Origin: Nitrospirota bacterium
GTDB lineage: Bacteria; Nitrospirota; Nitrospiria; 2-01-FULL-66-17
Direction: 5' to 3'
DNA length: 64,000 nt
Assembly (NCBI GenBank): GCA_049325335.1
Contig: JBMOMC010000002.1
Location: 288,001 to 352,000, forward strand
In this document: positions 60,194 to 64,000 of the stretch, piece after piece
Layout: every line of letters begins with the position of its first letter
Numbering within the stretch: the first letter of the stretch is position 1
Notes under the pieces: model-generated
Seen by the model: the letters and a program-made list of their open reading frames with translations, nothing else
What the model was told of the DNA's origin: nothing
The model's database searches: none
Made by a program: the position numbers and the translations under genes

Positions 60194-61079
60194 AGATAAG
60201 ATTCGGATCAATGAAGAGTTCTACGACATCATGCCCGTGGAATATCGGGACATGGTGGAAGATGCCACGTATGGCAAAGAAGACCGCGGGTGGAAGGACA
60301 TCGGCGTCCACAAGGAATTGATCGAAGAGCACTCGCTCTGCGCGGGCTGTCCGGAGTCCATGGCGTTCCGCTACATCCTCGCGTCGCTCCCCGCGCCGGA
60401 AGACACGGTGATGGTCGGCTCGACCGGCTGCACCAGTCTCGTGTTTCCGATGGTCGCGGTCCACAACATCCACTCATTATTCGGGAACCAGAACGCAATC
60501 GCGACGGGCTTGAAGCGTGCACTCACGGTGCGCTTCCCAAACAGGGTCAAAGACGTCGTGGTCCTGGCTGGGGACGGCGCAACCGTGGATATCGGGCTCG
60601 ACATGACGTTGCAGGCGTGGTTCCGGCAGGAGAAGTTTACAACCATCTGCTTTGACAACGAATTGTACGCGAACACCGGCGGTCAGGAGTCGGGTCTGAT
60701 GCAAAAAGGGTTCGTGGCCAAGATGGCGCCGGTTGGCAAGAAGTTCGAGAAGGTTCGGCTCCCGGAAATCGCGCGCGAATCCGGCTGTCACTACGTCGTC
60801 AATATGACGGTGAGCCAACCGGGTCGTGTGGAGAAGGTGATCAAGAACGCGGTGCACATCGCGCGCGAGATCGGCCCGACCTACCTCCAACTCTACACGC
60901 CCTGCATCTTGGAGATTGGCAAGCAGAGCATGGAGGGGTTGCAGGAGATGCGTGACTCCGAGAAGCCCACCCAGCGGTTTGCCTACAAGGAATATATCAG
61001 CGACGAAGCAAAGGCCTACCTTGCCGATCTGGACGCCAAGCGGAAAACCGCTGCGGCCCAGTTGGCGAGCAAGAACTGA
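60186..61079 (+). CDS. porB: 2-oxoacid:ferredoxin oxidoreductase beta (TPP-binding) subunit
   Basis: LCAGC, STGC, GDG...DNELYANTGGQ TPP motif. Confidence 0.87.
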   Translation: MGKDKIRINEEFYDIMPVEYRDMVEDATYGKEDRGWKDIGVHKELIEEHSLCAGCPESMAFRYILASLPAPEDTVMVGSTGCTSLVFPMVAVHNIHSLFGNQNAIATGLKRALTVRFPNRVKDVVVLAGDGATVDIGLDMTLQAWFRQEKFTTICFDNELYANTGGQESGLMQKGFVAKMAPVGKKFEKVRLPEIARESGCHYVVNMTVSQPGRVEKVIKNAVHIAREIGPTYLQLYTPCILEIGKQSMEGLQEMRDSEKPTQRFAYKEYISDEAKAYLADLDAKRKTAAAQLASKN

Positions 61080-61091
61080 GGAGCACGAGCG

Positions 61092-61775
61092 ATGGCAAAA
61101 CGACTCAATATCCGGATTTCCGGCCTCGGCGGGCAGGGGGCGGTCACCTCGGCGCACCTGTTGGCGATGGCCGCCAATAAAGACGGAAAGTTTGCCATTT
61201 CCAACCCGTTTTTCGGCGCGGAAAAACGCATGGCCCCGGCTGAAAGTTATGCGCGCATCGGGTCGGAGAAGATCTACGACCGTGGCGAGATCGTCTACCC
61301 CGAGGCGATCATGATTTACCACCCGCAGGTGATTACCATGGGGAAAAGTTACACCATGCCGTTTTATTCGGGTATTCGGCGCGATGGGCTGGTGATCATC
61401 AATTCCTCATCGCCGCTGTTGCCTGAAGACGACGTCAAAAGCCTGGATAATTTAGGCGTGAGCGTGTTTTATATCGACGCCACCAACCTGGCGCTCGAAG
61501 TCGCGGGCACCGAGTTGTCGACCAATATGGCGATGATCGGCGCGCTGGCTGGGATCACGAAGGTGGTGACGATGGAAGCGATGGACCAGGCGCTCCAGGA
61601 CCGCTTTGGAAAGAAGTATGTGGCCTCCGGCGGGACCGCGACCCTGGACGAAGCGATTAAGAAGAAGTTCGCCAAAAAGGAACAGTTGTTGGCGAAGAAC
61701 TTGGCGACGGTGGTCAAAGCCTATGAACTCGGCGCTGAGTGGGCGAAGACCCACCAGGTGGCTGCGGTCGCCTAG
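61092..61775 (+). CDS. porG: 2-oxoacid:ferredoxin oxidoreductase gamma subunit
   Basis: IRISGLGGQGAVT, PFFGAEKRMAP, TNMAMIGAL. Confidence 0.87.
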   Translation: MAKRLNIRISGLGGQGAVTSAHLLAMAANKDGKFAISNPFFGAEKRMAPAESYARIGSEKIYDRGEIVYPEAIMIYHPQVITMGKSYTMPFYSGIRRDGLVIINSSSPLLPEDDVKSLDNLGVSVFYIDATNLALEVAGTELSTNMAMIGALAGITKVVTMEAMDQALQDRFGKKYVASGGTATLDEAIKKKFAKKEQLLAKNLATVVKAYELGAEWAKTHQVAAVA

Positions 61776-61811
61776 TCACGATCGGAACACGAGGGAACGG
61801 AGAGTCCGTGC

Positions 61812-62096
61812 ATGTATAACGTAGCGTTTGTTGAAGACGACAAGTGTGTGGCCCAGAAGGGCTGTCGGCTGTGCATCATGTATTGCCCGGAGGCCGACTG
61901 CATCATGCTGGATCAGGAGAAGATGAAAGCCTATGTCGTTGTGAACCGATGCAAGGGCTGTGAACTGTGCAAGGTCGTGTGTGACGCGGCGAAACATAAT
62001 GCCATTCTTATGGCGCCGGTGAACGGCGCGACCGGCGAGATTATTCTGGGCAAAAAAGCCGGAGAATCGGCCGGGCTGGGCCAGGCGTACCAATAA
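61812..62096 (+). CDS. porE: Oxidoreductase epsilon subunit (2x[4Fe-4S] ferredoxin-like)
   Basis: CVAQKGCRLCIMYCP and CKGCELCKVVC. Confidence 0.82.
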   Translation: MYNVAFVEDDKCVAQKGCRLCIMYCPEADCIMLDQEKMKAYVVVNRCKGCELCKVVCDAAKHNAILMAPVNGATGEIILGKKAGESAGLGQAYQ

Positions 62097-62115
62097 CTGA
62101 TTGTGGAGGCCACCG

Positions 62116-62152
62116 ACCCCCATGGCGAACCGCCATGGGGGTTTGTGCTTTT
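62116..62152 (+). terminator. Intrinsic terminator after porE
   Basis: ACCCCCATGGCG-AAC-CGCCATGGGGGT followed by TTGTGCTTTT. Confidence 0.7.
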
Positions 62153-62175
62153 AGGTCGGGAGCGGGAGACATCGA

Positions 62176-62436
62176 ATGACCGAGGATTTTCAACAGGCGC
62201 TCTTGCAAGTGGCGAAGTCGATGGACGGGTTGGCGCAGGTCTTCGAGCACCGTGTCGCGGAACTCCGCGCGCTGGGAGAGTCCGAGGAGCAGATTCGCGA
62301 CGCAGTCGGCGCGGTCCAAGCCGTCAAGGACAGTGGGGCGATCTATCTGACCTGGGCGAATCACTATGCCAAACGCGTGGCCGGTGGGGAGATGGAAGCC
62401 GAGAATGACTTGGCCGACGATGACTTTGAGAGTTGA
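62176..62436 (+). CDS. Small helical hypothetical protein with acidic tail
   Basis: GGAG SD, 86 aa, genome-typical codon usage, fills the intergenic gap. Confidence 0.6.
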   Translation: MTEDFQQALLQVAKSMDGLAQVFEHRVAELRALGESEEQIRDAVGAVQAVKDSGAIYLTWANHYAKRVAGGEMEAENDLADDDFES

Positions 62437-62537
62437 GCCCATCCCGTACCAGAATGTCCGTCCGGCGTGACGGTTCCCGTTTCTTGATCAATCCCTGATC
62501 CTGTGTTATACCTACCACCGATTTCGGAGGTGTGGGC

Positions 62538-63032
62538 ATGCCCGATTCCGGTTTGGTGATGTATGAGGAAGAGTTCAAACTCATCGACGCCGAACTTTCA
62601 AAACTTCACGAGCAGGCCAACGCCAAACTTACCTTCCTCGTTGATAAAAACGGCCAACTGATTACCAGCGTGGGCGAAACCAAAGGGGTCGATACAACCT
62701 CGTTGGCGTCGTTGACCGCGGGCAATATCGCCGCCACCGGCGGGATGGCGAAACTCCTCGGTGAAAAAGAGTTTTCCGTGCTGTTTCACGAGGGCGAGCG
62801 GGACAATATCCATATTTCGGTCATCGGTCAACGCGTGATCTTAGTCGTCATTTTTGACCAGCGCTCGTCATTGGGTTTGGTCCGCCTGCGGGCCAAAAAG
62901 GCCTCCGACGTGTTGGTGAAGCTCTTCGAACAGATCTTCGCGAAAGTTGAGAAGGAGCGCGGCGTGAAGCAAGTGACCAAATCGCCGTTCGCCGAGATTA
63001 CCGAAGAGGATATTGAGAAGCTGTTCGGCTAA
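62538..63032 (+). CDS. mglB: Roadblock/LC7 GTPase-activating protein MglB
   Basis: LVMYEEEF, LVDKNGQLI, SLASLTAGNIAATGGMAKLLGE, SPFAEIT. Confidence 0.93.
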   Translation: MPDSGLVMYEEEFKLIDAELSKLHEQANAKLTFLVDKNGQLITSVGETKGVDTTSLASLTAGNIAATGGMAKLLGEKEFSVLFHEGERDNIHISVIGQRVILVVIFDQRSSLGLVRLRAKKASDVLVKLFEQIFAKVEKERGVKQVTKSPFAEITEEDIEKLFG

Positions 63033-63047
63033 GGAGCGCGTTCGTCA

Positions 63048-63635
63048 ATGTCCTTCATCAACTATTCGGCTCGAGAGATCAATTGTAAGATCGTGTATTA
63101 CGGACCGGGGCTCTGCGGGAAGACCACCAACCTGCTCTACATTTATAAGAAGACCAATCCCGACAGCAAAGGCAAGATGATCTCGCTGGCGACCGAGACG
63201 GAACGGACGCTGTTTTTTGATTTTCTCCCGTTGTCCTTGGGCAGTATCCGGGGGTTTAAGGTCCGCTTTCATCTCTACACCGTTCCGGGACAGGTGTTCT
63301 ACGACGCCAGCCGCAAGTTGATCTTGCGCGGGGTTGACGGGGTCGTGTTCGTCGGTGATTCGCAGGTGGAGCGGATGGAAGCGAACGTCGAGAGCATAGA
63401 GAATCTCCGCAAGAATTTACAGGAGCAGGGATTTAATCCGGACACGATTCCGTTCGTGGTGCAATACAATAAACGTGACTTGCCCAACGTGGTGCCGGTG
63501 GCGGAAATGGAGAAGGCGCTCAACCCGCGTAAGGCCGCCTCGTTCGAGGCCGTGGCCATGAGCGGACCCGGCGTCTTCGAGACGCTGAAGGAAGTATCCA
63601 AACAAGTGATTCTGGAACTAAAGAAGCAAGGCTGA
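63048..63635 (+). CDS. mglA: Small Ras-like GTPase MglA
   Basis: [39 protein letters not shown]. Confidence 0.96.
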   Translation: MSFINYSAREINCKIVYYGPGLCGKTTNLLYIYKKTNPDSKGKMISLATETERTLFFDFLPLSLGSIRGFKVRFHLYTVPGQVFYDASRKLILRGVDGVVFVGDSQVERMEANVESIENLRKNLQEQGFNPDTIPFVVQYNKRDLPNVVPVAEMEKALNPRKAASFEAVAMSGPGVFETLKEVSKQVILELKKQG

Positions 63636-63770
63636 TTGTCGGTCCCTGCTGCTTCGTGCAGGGGATGCACTCGCCGTGTACTTTCAGGTATAATCCCACC
63701 CACACGTTTTGCTGCGCCATGGGTAAGGTGGATACGTTTTAAAGTTTGCGCCGTTGGCGCAATACCTATT

Positions 63771-63843
63771 TCCCCGGTAGCTCAGCTGGCAGAGCGGTCG
63801 GCTGTTAACCGATTGGTCGCTGGTTCGAATCCGGCCCGGGGAG
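63771..63843 (+). tRNA. tRNA-Asn (anticodon GTT)
   Basis: TCCCCGG/CCGGGGA acceptor, GTCGG-CTGTTAA-CCGAT anticodon arm, GGTTCGAATCC. Confidence 0.95.
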
Positions 63844-63875
63844 CATCTGATGCCGGTTAACCCGGCGTCATTCTT

Positions 63876-63915
63876 GAGGGCCCGCCCGATCCGATGTTCC
63901 GGGCGGGCCCTCTTG
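63876..63915 (+). terminator. Hairpin after tRNA-Asn
   Basis: GAGGGCCCGCCCG...CGGGCGGGCCCTC 13-bp stem followed by TTGTGTGTT. Confidence 0.6.
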
Positions 63916-64000
63916 TGTGTTGTTCCGGCGAGCAACCTTGCGGCAGGGATTGAGACTCGACGGAGAGCCGTTCGCGGGATCCCGGGACTCCTCGGCCCAT

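Overview
Chromosomal window from a GC-rich Gram-negative bacterium, most likely a Nitrospirota-type chemolithoautotroph (inferred from aclBA, the five-subunit pyruvate:ferredoxin oxidoreductase and mglBA). About 1-30.7 kb is one plus-strand surface-polysaccharide locus: wzi, a wzz-like gene, nucleotide-sugar enzymes, a flippase, a wzy-like polymerase, methyltransferases, GT2/GT4/GT-C transferases, an AsnB-like amidotransferase and wecA. It contains a visibly AT-richer inserted block and a cluster of decayed toxin-antitoxin genes. About 30.8-41.7 kb is a reductive-TCA cluster (orphan porD, a three-gene envelope cassette, aclBA, frdBA, sucCD, bcp). About 42-58.6 kb is housekeeping (anmK, clpC, tsaD, SDR, typA, guaBA, cspA, HD-GYP regulator, tadA, two tRNA-Ser, SRP RNA, dnaX, ybaB, recR). 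The window ends with porABGE, mglBA and tRNA-Asn. The most unusual signals are: two different tRNA-Ser genes each wrapped in homologous, co-varying inverted-repeat arms; a MITE/REP repeat family sitting on stop codons; porD separated from porABGE; an Arg/Lys/RG-rich tail on SucD; and a wecA leader with a 5-codon uORF, a perfect Shine-Dalgarno and CsrA-like sites. No CRISPR array, integrase or intact transposase was seen. All protein calls come from motif recognition by eye, not from database searches.
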